NCBI GenBank assembly: GCA_964016885.1
Contig: OZ024754.1
Coordinates: 21,514,001 to 21,578,000 of the forward strand
Source: Eledone cirrhosa
Lineage: Eukaryota
DNA: 64,000 nucleotides
Reading direction: 5' to 3'
This document shows, piece after piece, positions 45,482 through 58,251 of this stretch (position 1 is its first letter; every line of letters starts with the position of its first letter). The notes beneath the pieces are model-generated. The model was not told where the DNA came from, ran no database searches, and worked only from the letters and a program-made list of their open reading frames with translations. The translations under genes and the position numbers were made by a program.

Positions 45482-48400
45482 TTAACTAGTTTTAATAAAT
45501 TGTCTAGATGTTAAGTATATACTATATTAACTACAGTTTTAATAAATTGTCTAGATGTTAAGTATATACTATATTAACTACAGTTTTAATAAATTATCTA
45601 GATGTTAAGTATATACTATATTAACTACAGTTTTAATAAATTGTCTAGATGTTAAGTATATCCTATATTAACTAGTTTTAATAAATTGTCTAGATGTTAA
45701 GTATATACTCTATTAACCACAGTTTTAATAAATTGTCTAGATATTAAGTATATACTATATTAACTACAGTTTTAATAAATTGTCTAAATGTTAAGTATAT
45801 ACTATATTAACTACAGTTTTAATAAATTGTCTAGATGTTAAGTATATACTATATTAACTACAGTTTTAATAAATTGTCTAGATGTTAAGTATATACTATA
45901 TTAACTACAGTTTTAATAAATTGTCTAGATGTTAAGTATATACTATATTAACTACAGTTTTAATAAATTGTCTAGATGTTAAGTATATACTATATTAACT
46001 AGTTTTAATAAATTGTCTAGATGTTAAGTATATACTCTATTAACCACAGTTTTAATAAATTGTCTAGATGTTAAGTATATACTATATTAACTACAGTTTT
46101 AATAAATTGTCTAAATGTTAAGTATATACTATATTAACTACAGTTTAAATAAATTGTCTAGATGTTAAGTATATACTATATTAACTACAGTTTTAATAAA
46201 TTGTCTAGATGTTAAGTATATACTATATTAACTACAGTTTTAATAAATTGTCTAGATGTTAAGTATATACTATATTAACTACAGTTTTAATAAATTGTCT
46301 AAATGTTAAGTATATACTATATTAACTACAGTTTAAATAAATTGTCTAGATGTTAAGTATATACTATATTAACTACAGTTTTAATAAATTGTCTAGATGT
46401 TAAGTATATACTATATTAACTCCAGTTTTAATAAATTGTCTAGATGTTAAGTATATACTATATTAACTACAGTTTTAATAAATTGTCTAGATGTTAAGTA
46501 TATACTATATTAACTTCAGTTTTAATAAATTGTCTAGATGTTAAGTATATACTATATTAACTAGTTTTAATAAATTGTCTAGATGTTAAGTATATACTAT
46601 ATTAACTACGGTTTTAATAGATTGTCTAGATGTTAAATATATACTATATTAACTACAGTTTTAATAAATTGCCTAAATGTTAGGTATATACTATATTAAC
46701 TACAGTTTAAATAAATTGTCTAGATGTTAAGTATATACTATATTAACTACAGTTTTAATAAATTGTCTAGATGTTAAGTATATACTATATTAACTACAGT
46801 TTTAATAAATTGTCTAGATGTTAAGTATATACTATATTAACTACAGTTTTAATAAATTGTCTAGATGTTCAGTATATACTATATTAACTACAGTTTTAAT
46901 AAATTGTCTAGATGTTAAGTATATACTATATTAACTACAGTTTTAATAAATTGTCTAGATGTTAAGTATATACTATATTAACTACAGTTTTAATAAATTG
47001 TCTAGATGTTAAGTATATACTATATTAACTACAGTTTTAATAAATTGTCTAGATGTTAAGTATATACTATATTAACTAGTTTTAATAAATTGTCTAGATG
47101 TTGAGTATATACTCTATTAACCACAGTTTTAATAAATTGTCTAGATGTTAAGTATATACTATATTAACTAGTTTTAATAAATTGTCTAGATGTTAAGTAT
47201 ATACTATATTAACTAGTTTTAATAAATTGTCTAGATGTTAAGTATATACTATATTAACTAGTTTTAATAAATTGTCTAGATGTTAAGTAAATACTATATT
47301 AACTACAGTTTTAATAAATTGTCTAAATGTTAAGTATATACTATATTAACTACAGTTTAAATAAATTGTCTAGATGTTAAGTATATACTATATTAACTAC
47401 AGTTTTAATAAATTGTCTAGATGTTAAGTATATACTCTATTAACTACAGTTTTAATAAATTGTCTAGATGTTAAGTATATACTATATCAACTACAGTTTT
47501 AATAAATTGTTTAAATGTTAAGTATATACTATATTAACTACAGTTTAAATAAATTGTCTAGATGTTAAGTATATACTATATTAACTACAGTTTTAATAAA
47601 TTGTCTAGATGTTAAGTATATACTATATTAACTCCAGTTTTAATAAATTGTCTAGATGTTAAGTATATACTATATTAACTACAGTTTTAATAAATTGTCT
47701 AGATGTTAAGTATATACTATATTAACTACAGTTTTAATAAATTGTCTAGATGTTAAGTATATACTATATTAACTAGTTTTAATAAATTGTCTAGATGTTA
47801 AGTATATACTATATTAACTGCAGTTTTAATAAATTGTCTAGATGTTAAGTATATACTATATTAACTAGTTTTAATAAATCGTCTAGATATTAAGTATATA
47901 CTATATTAACTACAGTTTTAATAAATTGTCTAGATGTTAAGTATATACTATATTAACTACAGTTTTAATAAATTGTCTAGATGTTAAGTATATACTATAT
48001 TAACTACAGTTTTAATAAATTATCTAGATGTTAAGTATATACTATATTAACTAGTTTTAATAAATTGTCTAGATGTTAAGTATATACTATATTAACTAGT
48101 TTTAATAAATTGTCTAGATATTAAGTATATACTATATTAACTACAGTTTTAATAAATTGTCTAGATGTTAAGTATATACTATATTAACTACAGTTTTAAT
48201 AAATTGTCTAGATGTTAAGTATATACTATATTAACTAGTTTTAATAAATTGTCTAGATGTTAAGTATATACTATATTAACTACGGTTTTAATAGATTGTC
48301 TAGATGTTAAATATATACTATATTAACTACAGTTTTAATAAATTGCCTAAATGTTAGGTATATACTATATTAACTACAGTTTAAATAAATTGTCTAGATG

Positions 48401-51400
48401 TTAAGTATATACTATATTAACTACAGTTTTAATAAATTGTCTAGATGTTAAGTATATACTATATTAACTACAGTTTTAATAAATTGTCTAGATGTTAAGT
48501 ATATACTATATTAACTACAGTTTTAATAAATTGTCTAGATGTTCAGTATATACTATATTAACTACAGTTTTAATAAATTGTCTAGATGTTAAGTATATAC
48601 TATATTAACTACAGTTTTAATAAATTGTCTAGATGTTAAGTATATACTATATTAACTAGTTTTAATAAATTGTCTAGATGTTAAGTATATAGTCTATTAA
48701 CCACTGTTTTAATAAATTGTCTAGATGTTAAGTATATACTATATTAACTAGTTTTAATAAATTGTCTAGATGTTCAGTATATACTATATTAACTAGTTTT
48801 AATAAATTGTCTAGATGTTAAGTATATACTATATTAACTACAGTTTTAATAAATTGTCTAAATGTTAAGTATATACTATATAAACTACAGTTTAAATAAA
48901 TTGTCTAGATGTTAAATATATACTATATTAACTACAGTTTTAATAAATTGTCTAGATGTTAAGTATATACTATATTAACTACAGTTTTAATAAATTATCT
49001 AGATGTTAAGTATATACTATATTAACTACAGTTTTAATAAATTGTCTAGATGTTAAGTATATACTATATTAACTACAGTTTTAATAAATTGTCTAAATGT
49101 TAAGTATATACTATATTAACTACAGTTTAAATAAATTGTCTAGATGTTAAGTATATACTATATTAATTACAGTTTTAATAAATTGTCTAGATGTTAAGTA
49201 TATACTATATTAACTCCAGTTTTAATAAATTGTCTAGATGTTAAGTATATACTATATTAACTACAGTTTTAATAAATTGTCTAGATGTTAAGTATATACT
49301 ATATTAACTACAGTTTTAATAAATTGTCTAGATGTTAAGTATATACTATATTAACTAGTTTTAATAAATTGTTTAGATGTTAAGTATATACTATATTAAC
49401 TACAGTTTTAATAAATTGTCTAGATGTTAAGTATATACTATATTAACTAGTTTTAATGAATTGTCTAGATATTAAGTATATACTATATTAACTACAGTTT
49501 TAATAAATTGTCTAGATGTTAAGTATATACTATATTAACTACAGTTTTAATAAATTGTCTAGATGTTAAGTATATACTATATTAACTACAGTTTTAATAA
49601 ATTGTCTAGATGTTAAGTATATACTATATTAACTAGTTTTAATAAATTGTCTAGATGTTAAGTATATACTATATTAACTTCAGTATATACTATATTATAT
49701 ACTATACTATATTATATACTATACTATACTATATACTTAAGTATATACTATATTAACTAGTTTTAATAAATTGTCTAGATGTTAAGTATATACTATATTA
49801 ACTCCAGTTTTATAAGTATATACTATATTAACTACAGTTTTAATAAATTGTCTAGATGTTAAGTATATACTATATTAACTAGTTTTAATAAATTGTCTAG
49901 ATGTTACGTATATACTATATTAACTACAGTTTTAATAAATTGTCTAGATGTTAAGTTTATACTATATTAACTACAGTTTTAATAAATTGTCTAAATGTTA
50001 AGTATATACTATATTAACTACAGTTTTAATCAATTGTCTAGATGTTAAGTATATACTATATTAACTACAGTTTTAATAAATTGTCTAGATGTTAAGTATA
50101 TACTATATTAACTACAGTTTTATAAGTATAAACTATATTAACTACAGTTTTAATAAATTGTCTAGATGTTAAGTATATACTATATTAACTACAATTTTAA
50201 TAAATTGTCTAGATGTTAAGTTTATACTATATTAACTCCAGTTTTAATAAATTGTCTAGATGTTAAGTATATACTATATTAACTACAGTTTTAATAAATT
50301 GTCTAGATGTTAAGTATATACTATATTAACTACAGTTTTAATAAATTGTCTCGATGTTAAGTATATACTATATTAACTAGTTTTAATAAATTGTCTAGAT
50401 GTCAAGTATATACTATAGTAACTACAGTTTTAATAAATTGTCTAGATGTTAAGTATATACTATATTAACTACAGTTTTAATAAATTGTCTAGATGTTAAG
50501 TATATACTATATTAACTAGTTTTAATAAATCGTCTAGATATTAAGTATATACTATATTAACTACAGTTTTAATCAATTGTCTAGATGTTAAGTATATACT
50601 ATATTAACTACAGTTTTAATAAATTGTCTAGATGTTAAGTATATACTATATTAACTACAGTTTTAATAAATTGTCTAGATGTTAAGTATATACTATATTA
50701 ACTCCAGTTTTAATAAATTGTCTAGATGTTAAGTATATACTATATTAACTAGTTTTAATAAATTGTCTAGATGTTAAGTATATACTATATTAACTAGTTT
50801 TAATAAATTGTCTAGATGTTAAGTATATACTATATTAACTACAGTTTTAATAAATTGTCTAGATGTTAAGTATATACTATATTAACTACAGTTTTAATAA
50901 ATTGTCTAGATGTTAAGAATATACTATATTAACTTCAGTATATACTATATTAACTAGTTTTAATAAATTGTCTAGATGTTAAGTATATACTATATTAACT
51001 CCAGTTTTATAAGTATATACTATATTAACTACAGTTTTAATAAATTATCTAGATGTTAAGTATATACTATATTAACTAGTTTTAATAAATTGTCTAGATG
51101 TTAAGTATATACTATATTAACTAGTTTTAATAAATTGTCTAGATATTAAGTATATACTATATTAACTACAGTTTTAATAAATTGTCTAGATGTTAAGTAT
51201 ATACTATATTAACTACAGTTTTAATAAATTGTCTAGATGTTAAGTATATACTATATTAACTAGTTTTAATAAATTGTCTAGATGTTAAGTATATACTATA
51301 TTAACTACGGTTTTAATAGATTGTCTAGATGTTAAATATATACTATATTAACTACAGTTTTAATAAATTGCCTAAATGTTAGGTATATACTATATTAACT

Positions 51401-54400
51401 ACAGTTTAAATAAATTGTCTAGATGTTAAGTATATACTATATTAACTACAGTTTTAATAAATTGTCTAGATGTTAAGTATATACTATATTAACTACAGTT
51501 TTAATAAATTGTCTAGATGTTAAGTATATACTATATTAACTACAGTTTTAATAAATTGTCTAGATGTTCAGTATATACTATATTAACTACAGTTTTAATA
51601 AATTGTCTAGATGTTAAGTATATACTATATTAACTACAGTTTTAATAAATTGTCTAGATGTTAAGTATATACTATATTAACTAGTTTTAATAAATTGTCT
51701 AGATGTTAAGTATATAGTCTATTAACCACTGTTTTAATAAATTGTCTAGATGTTAAGTATATACTATATTAACTAGTTTTAATAAATTGTCTAGATGTTA
51801 AGTATATACTATATTAACTAGTTTTAATAAATTGTCTAGATGTTCAGTATATACTATATTAACTAGTTTTAATAAATTGTCTAGATGTTAAGTATATACT
51901 ATATTAACTACAGTTTTAATAAATTGTCTAAATGTTAAGTATATACTATATAAACTACAGTTTAAATAAATTGTCTAGATGTTAAATATATACTATATTA
52001 ACTACAGTTTTAATAAATTGTCTAGATGTTAAGTATATACTCTATTAACCACAGTTTTAATAAATTGTCTAGATGTTAAGTATATACTATATTAACTACA
52101 GTTTAAATAAATTGTCTAGGTGTTAAGTATATACTATATTAACTACAGTTTTAATAAATTATCTAGATGTTAAGTATATACTATATTAACTACAGTTTTA
52201 ATAAATTGTCTAGATGTTAAGTATATACTATATTAACTACAGTTTTAATAAATTGTCTAAATGTTAAGTATATACTATATTAACTACAGTTTAAATAAAT
52301 TGTCTAGATGTTAAGTATATACTATATTAACTACAGTTTTAATAAATTGTCTAGATGTTAAGTATATACTATATTAACTCCAGTTTTAATAAATTGTCTA
52401 GATGTTAAGTATATACTATATTAACTACAGTTTTAATAAATTGTCTAGATGTTAAGTATATACTATATTAACTACAGTTTTAATAAATTGTCTAGATGTT
52501 AAGTATATACTATATTAACTAGTTTTAATAAATTGTTTAGATGTTAAGTATATACTATATTAACTACAGTTTTAATAAATTGTCTAGATGTTAAGTATAT
52601 ACTATATTAACTAGTTTTAATGAATTGTCTAGATATTAAGTATATACTATATTAACTACAGTTTTAATAAATTGTCTAGATGTTAAGTATATACTATATT
52701 AACTACAGTTTTAATAAATTGTCTAGATGTTAAGTATATACTATATTAACTACAGTTTTAATAAATTGTCTAGATGTTAAGTATATACTATATTAACTAG
52801 TTTTAATAAATTGTCTAGATGTTAAGTATATACTATATTAACTCCAGTTTTATAAGTATATACTATATTAACTACAGTTTTAATAAATTGTCTAGATGTT
52901 AAGTATATACTATATTAACTAGTTTTAATAAATTGTCTAGATGTTAAGTATATACTCTATTAACTACAGTTTTAATAAATTGTCTAGATGTTAAGTTTAT
53001 ACTATATTAACTACAGTTTTAATAAATTGTCTAAATGTTATGTATATACTATATTAACTACAGTTTTAATCAATTGTCTATATGTTAAGTATATACTATA
53101 TTAACTACAGTTTTAATAAATTGTCTAGATGTTAAGTATATACTATATTAACTACAGTTTTATAAGTATAACTATATTAACTACAGTTTTAATAAATTGT
53201 CTAGATGTTAAGTATATACTATATTAACTACAATTTTAATAAATTGTCTAGATGTTAAGTATATACTACATGAACTACAGTTTTAATAAATTGTCTAGAT
53301 AACTATATACTATATTAACTACAGTTTTAATAAATTGTCTAGATGTTAAGTATATACTATATTAACTACAGTTTTAATAAATTGTCTAAATGTTAAGTAT
53401 ATACTATATTAACTACAGTTTTAATAAATTGTCTAGATGTTAAGTATATACTATATTAACTACAGTTTTAATAAATTGTCTAGATGTTAAGTATATACTA
53501 TATTAACTAGTTTTAATAAATTGTCTAGATGTTAAGTATATACTATATTAACTACAGTTTTAATAAATTGTCTAGATGTTAAGTATATACTATATTAACT
53601 ACAGTTTTAATAAATTGTCTAGATGTTAACTATATACTATATTAACTACAATTTTAATAAATTGTCTCGATGTTAAGTATATACTATATGAACTACAGTT
53701 TTAATAAATTGTCTAGATGTTAAGTATATACTATATTAACTACAGTTTTAATAAATTGTCTAGATGTTAAGTATATACTATATGAACTACAGTTTTAATA
53801 AATTGTCTAGATGTTAAGTATATACTATATTAACTACAGTTTTAATAAATTGTCTAGATGTTAAGGATATACTATATTAACTAGTTTTAATAAATTGTCT
53901 AGATGTTAAGGATATACTATATTAACTATAGTTTTAATAAATTGTCTAGATGTTAAGTATATACTATATTAACTACAGTTTTAATAAATTGTCTAGATGT
54001 TAAGTATATACTATATTAACTACAGTTTTAATAAATTGTCTAGATGTTAAGTATATACTATATTAACTACAGTTTTAATAAATTGTCTAGATGTTAAGGA
54101 TATACTATATTAACTAGTTTTAATAAATTGTCTAGATGTTAAGTATATACTATATTAACTAGTTTTAATAAATTGTCTCGATGTTAAGTATATACTATAT
54201 TAACTACAGTTTTAATAAATTGTCTAGATGTTAAGTATATACTATATTAACTACAGTTTTAATAAATTGTCTAGATGTTAAGTATATACTATATTAACTC
54301 CAGTTTTAATAAATTGTCTAGATGTTGAGTATATACTATATTAACTACAGTTTTAATAAATTGTCTAGGTGTTAAGTATATACTATATTAACTAGTTTTA

Positions 54401-54473
54401 ATAAATTGTCTAGATTTTGTGTATTTTTAAGAATATTTCTGTATTACCTTATTTTTTTTCACTTTCTTACTAG

Positions 54474-54554
54474 TTGTTGGATATGTCATTTATCGGGGGT
54501 CCACTTCTCAGAAGTATGAATTTAGAAAAGACCCATTCCAACAAAGTTTGGCAC
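54474..54554 (+). CDS. LBR: Internal coding exon (81 bp, phase 1-1) of an ERG4/ERG24-family sterol reductase gene (lamin B receptor / delta14-sterol reductase TM7SF2-like)
   Basis: A polypyrimidine tract plus TAG acceptor (54471-54473) precedes the exon and a GTATGT donor follows at 54555. It translates as xVGYVIYRGSTSQKYEFRKDPFQQSLA(H), matching the LBR segment GYVIFRGANSQKNAFRKNP..LAH as I recall it. LBR and TM7SF2 cannot be distinguished without the N-terminus. Confidence 0.9.
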
Positions 54555-54589
54555 GTATGTTTCACTTTTTTTCTTTTAAATCAAATTCT

Positions 54590-54760
54590 TTTACTCTTTT
54601 CCTTCAGTCATTAGACTGCAGCTATGTTGAGAAGCTGCTTTAAAGTTAGTTACATCAGACATTTTTATTTTTTCTGGTTATTTTATTAATCTCTTTTTGT
54701 CAAACCACTAAGTTATGATGCCTAAACACACACACATAATATATATATATATATATATAT
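54590..54760 (-). mobile_element. Old SINE-like repeat, 3' part, ending in a (CA)n(TA)n tract and split by the RTE LINE
   Basis: The + strand motifs TTCAGTCATTAGACTGCAGCTATG, CTGGTTATTTTATT and AACCACTAAGTTA...TAAACACACACACATAATATATA resemble a degenerate copy of an abundant octopus SINE. This was recognised from memory and not searched. Confidence 0.55.
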
Positions 54761-57700
54761 CATCATCATACGTCCACTTTTCCCTGCTTGCAAGGGTGGG
54801 ACGGGCCCTATTCAGCACAGCATCTCTCCACTTGTCACGGTCCTTCGTCATCTCCACCGTGAGTGTCAGCGATCTGAGGTCTGTTCTCACCACCTCCGCC
54901 CATGTTTTTCGTGGTCTTCCTTCTACTGGGATTTCTTCACACTTCTTCACCCAGCAGTCATCCTCCATGCTCATCACATGTCCATGCCATCTCAGTCTTC
55001 TCTCCTGCACACCACAACTTATACCCAATTTCTTTCTCAACTCATCTATGCTTGGTCGTTCATGCACATTGACATTGCACATCCAACGGAGCATGCTTGT
55101 TTCATTTCTCTCCAGCCGTCACATATCCTCTGTAGTTGCTGCCCATGTCTCACTACCATGCAGCATCACGCATCTCACACAGGCATCATATAACCGGCCT
55201 TTCGTACGCAGGGAGAAACCCTTCTTCGTCAGCAGAGGAAGCAGCTACCTAAACTTCTTCTAACCCATCCTTATTCTAGATACTATGGCCTCGGAACACC
55301 CCCTCCCCTCCCATTCTAATTTGATCACCTAGGTACCAGAAGCTATCAACCACCTCTATAGAACCCACCTGCATTGGAAAAATGTGTCCTATCACTGTGA
55401 TTACTACTGCCAACTTTCCCTGTACATCTGCATACATAGTTTGCCTGCTATCCTACTACATCTCTTGTGTACCCAAGATCTGCATTGCGTACATTTTATG
55501 GAATTTATTCCAGTTCCTTTTCTACATATCGAACATGGTCGTTTCCATGGTGGAATCAGAGTATTGACCTCTCTTCTACTTATCAACACTTTTGTCTTAG
55601 CTATGTTCACTCTCAGTCCTCTTGATTCCAACTGCTGTTTCCATAGCCAGAATTTATTCTCTAGTTCCTCTACTGATTCTGCTATAAGAACCAGATCATC
55701 AGCATAGAGAAGTTCCAATGGGCATCCAGTCTGAAACTCCTCTGTTATGGCTTGGAAGACCGAACCCTGATGCACTCCTACTTGTATCTGGAATTCCTCA
55801 CTAAACTCCATTCCTACCCTCACTTTACTGACAGCACCCCTGTACATAGCTTGCACTGCCCTCACAAGCCATTCCTCTACACCTAGTTTCCATAGGGACC
55901 ACCAGATGACACATCAGGGTACCCTATCAAAGGCCTTCTCTAGGTCAACAAAAGCTAAGTATAGTGGCTTATTCTTCTCTAAGAACCTCTCTTGTAGTTG
56001 CCTCACCAAGAAGAGGGCATCTGTTGTACTTTTCAGAAGCACAAAACCAAACTGCATCTCATCTAATTTGACTCTAATCAGTTGCGCTAATATTCTCTCT
56101 GCCACTATCATAACCTGATCCATCAGCTTTATACCCCTATAATTGCTCCTGTCCATAGCATCCCCTTTAACTTTTGTAGCAATTTATGAGAATACTGCCG
56201 AACCAGTTTAGTGCCTACTTCTCCTGATGCCTTCAGCATCTCAACAACTATATCCGACGGTCCAGCAGCCTTACCATTCTTCATTTCATTAATTGCCTCT
56301 TGTACCCTATATTCATCAATCTCAATAGCTGGTCCGTCTGTCAGGTCTGCTGGGGATAATTTCTCTCTCTCCCATTCGTTCTCCACATTCATCAGTCTCT
56401 CATAATGACATTTCCAGGCCTCCTTTTTCTGATCATTCGTGACACTAAGTACACCGGTATCATTCCGGACACACTTATCTCCAACAACATCCTGATTGCA
56501 ATGTGGAACACCGCACGTCTCTGATCTTCCCCATCGCAGAACATTGACAAACCTCCTACTCTCAGCCTCCCTGCGTAGACCTGATGTCTAGCTTCTCTCT
56601 TAGCGGCTGTATATCCTTCCCTACTCCCACTATTTTTCCAAGCCTTCCATGCCAGTCTTTTGTCTCTAATGGCCCTATCTACCATTCTGTTTCACCACCA
56701 GTAAGTTGTCATGTAAGAAATTCCAGTTATCATCTATGTCATACAACTCTAAATCATCTTCTTTTTCATCATACACATCTTGAAGGGCTTTGCTAAATTT
56801 ATATTTTAGTGAAAGGTTTTTTAGCTTCCAGACCTTTCTTTTCCACACCTTCCTGTATGTCTCATTCTTTCTCTTGCATACTGAGATGTCAGTAACGACT
56901 AACCTATGCTATGGGGTATATTCTTTCCCGGGGTATGCCTTAGTATTTGACACCATCTGTCTGTCTCGCTGCCTAACTAGTAAGAAGTCAATCTGGCTTA
57001 TGTGCTCGCCAGATTTGTAGGTTATTAGGTTGTTGGTGGATTTCTGGAAGTTAGTGTTGCAAATGGTTAGTTCGCTTGCATCACAAAATTCAAGAAGATT
57101 CACTCCTTCTTCATTTCTTGAGCCGTAACCGTGCCCACCATGTACCCCAGTGTATCCATCCTGGAGCTGTCCAACATGACCATTGAAGTCCCCTGCTAGC
57201 ATAACGATGTCTCCGTCCTCTGTCATTGAGGCTGTTTGTAAAAGTTGCTCGTAAAAGCAGTCTTTCTCTTCTTTGCCTAGGCCTGCCTGGAGAGCAGAGG
57301 CAGAGATGATTGTCAGTAGTCTCTTGCCTACAGCTAATCTAAGTTTAATTATTCTATTACTAACTCTAACTACCTCTATTGTATTATCGATCCATCTCTC
57401 AGCCAGTAATATGCCTACCCCACCTAACACATCATCATTACCCACCCAGAAAGCTTATAACTAAGATGTTTGCCTGCGATTAGTCTTGCAGAGACACCTG
57501 TCCATCTTACCTCTTGCACGCAGCGCACATCCACATGCCTTCTCTCCAGCATCTTCGCTATCTCACCAGATCTACCTGTTAGTGTGGCAACTCTGAGACA
57601 CAACATCTTCATATTCTTGTTCTTTTTCCTGTAGTGCGATCGCTTGATGGCAGTCAGGGGTTCTCCCACATGGCTGCACCAGACAGCCCACTACCATGCG

Positions 57701-57938
57701 CAGCCCTAACATGGTTAGTGTTATTGCTGTTTACGCAGTTGTTGCAAATCTCATTTGTTGTGCTCATAGTTTCTGGCAGTTGTATATATACTGGTTGGAT
57801 GCCCTTCCTAACACCAGTACCACTTTACAGCATGGACTGGGTGCTTTTATTCGTGCCCCCAATACTAGAGAGGTTGTCTTACTGGGCTCAGGGGCCCTCT
57901 TTACCCCTCCATTTTACAGCATGGACTAGGTGCTTTTA
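54759..57938 (-). mobile_element. Degenerate near full-length RTE-clade LINE (APE endonuclease plus reverse transcriptase), disrupted by frameshifts and stops
   Basis: Colinear minus-strand ORF fragments: CVQEVRW, GVGILL, AGDFNGHVG and SQIDFLLV (AP endonuclease, 56909-57669); KAAGPSDI, NYRGIKL, QFGF..STTDA, AFVDLEKAFDRVP, GVHQGS and LLYADDLVL (RT, 55404-56392); RTE-type C-terminus MLRWMC..RLRWHGHV..GRPRKTW (54708-55094). A (GAT)n 3' tail lies near 54760. The 5' region carries AGGAAGGGCATCC and a 26-bp direct repeat (57824-57849 and 57913-57938). Confidence 0.93.
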
Positions 57939-58080
57939 TATATATACAACAGTCTTTTGTGGATTTTGTTTACCAAATTACACTCATAAGGTATTGGTTA
58001 ACTCATGATTATAGTACCAGATATTTGTGTAAAATGCTACTCAGTGGGATTGAAAATAAAAACGGATGGATTGGTGAGAT
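57937..58080 (-). mobile_element. Old SINE-like repeat, 5' part (continuation of 54590-54760)
   Basis: The + strand TATATATACAACAG...TACCAAATTACACTCATAAGG...TATAGTA..CAGTGGGATTGAA continues the same recalled SINE consensus after the (TA)n tract. The minus strand has a degenerate B-box-like TTCAATCCC. Confidence 0.5.
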
Positions 58081-58128
58081 GGGATACATTTGTTTTTGTA
58101 CTAAACTAATTATTTCCACTTATTGCAG

Positions 58129-58251
58129 ATCTTGACAGTATCCCATCAATAAGTGGGAAACGTCTTCTTGTGTCAGGTTGGTGGAAATTATGTCGCAAAC
58201 CAAACTATTTGGGAGATATCATCATGTCTGTTGCCTGGTCCCTTACATGTG
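58129..58251 (+). CDS. LBR: Next internal coding exon (123 bp, phase 1-1) of the LBR/TM7SF2-like sterol reductase
   Basis: Branch-like CTAAT near 58106, TTGCAG acceptor, and GTAAGT donor at 58252. It joins the previous exon in frame (C|AT = His) and translates as [41 protein letters not shown](G). This contains the ERG4/ERG24 signature LLxSGWW..R.PNYLGD. Confidence 0.95.

Larger units (their letters stand above)
1..54415. repeat. AT-rich tandem satellite, 47-bp monomer with a 45-bp variant, roughly 1,100 copies, open at the left window edge
   Basis: Consensus ATTAACTACAGTTTTAATAAATTGTCTAGATGTTAAGTATATACTAT runs head-to-tail from position 1. A common 45-bp variant lacks CA (AACTAGTTTT). The array is interrupted only by three 877-bp inserts and a few short or degenerate monomers, and ends at ...TTGTCTAGAT near 54415. 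Copy number is estimated from length divided by about 46.5. Confidence 0.99.

Noticed and set aside
1-54415. Recursive splice sites in the satellite; telomeric or proven centromeric identity
   Set aside because: The consensus monomer has no AG|GT ratchet motif with an upstream polypyrimidine tract and no TTAGGG-type repeat. Centromere function cannot be inferred from sequence alone.
54715-58008. Plus-strand ORFs overlapping the LINE
   Set aside because: Antisense shadows of the RTE ORF with no independent protein motifs.
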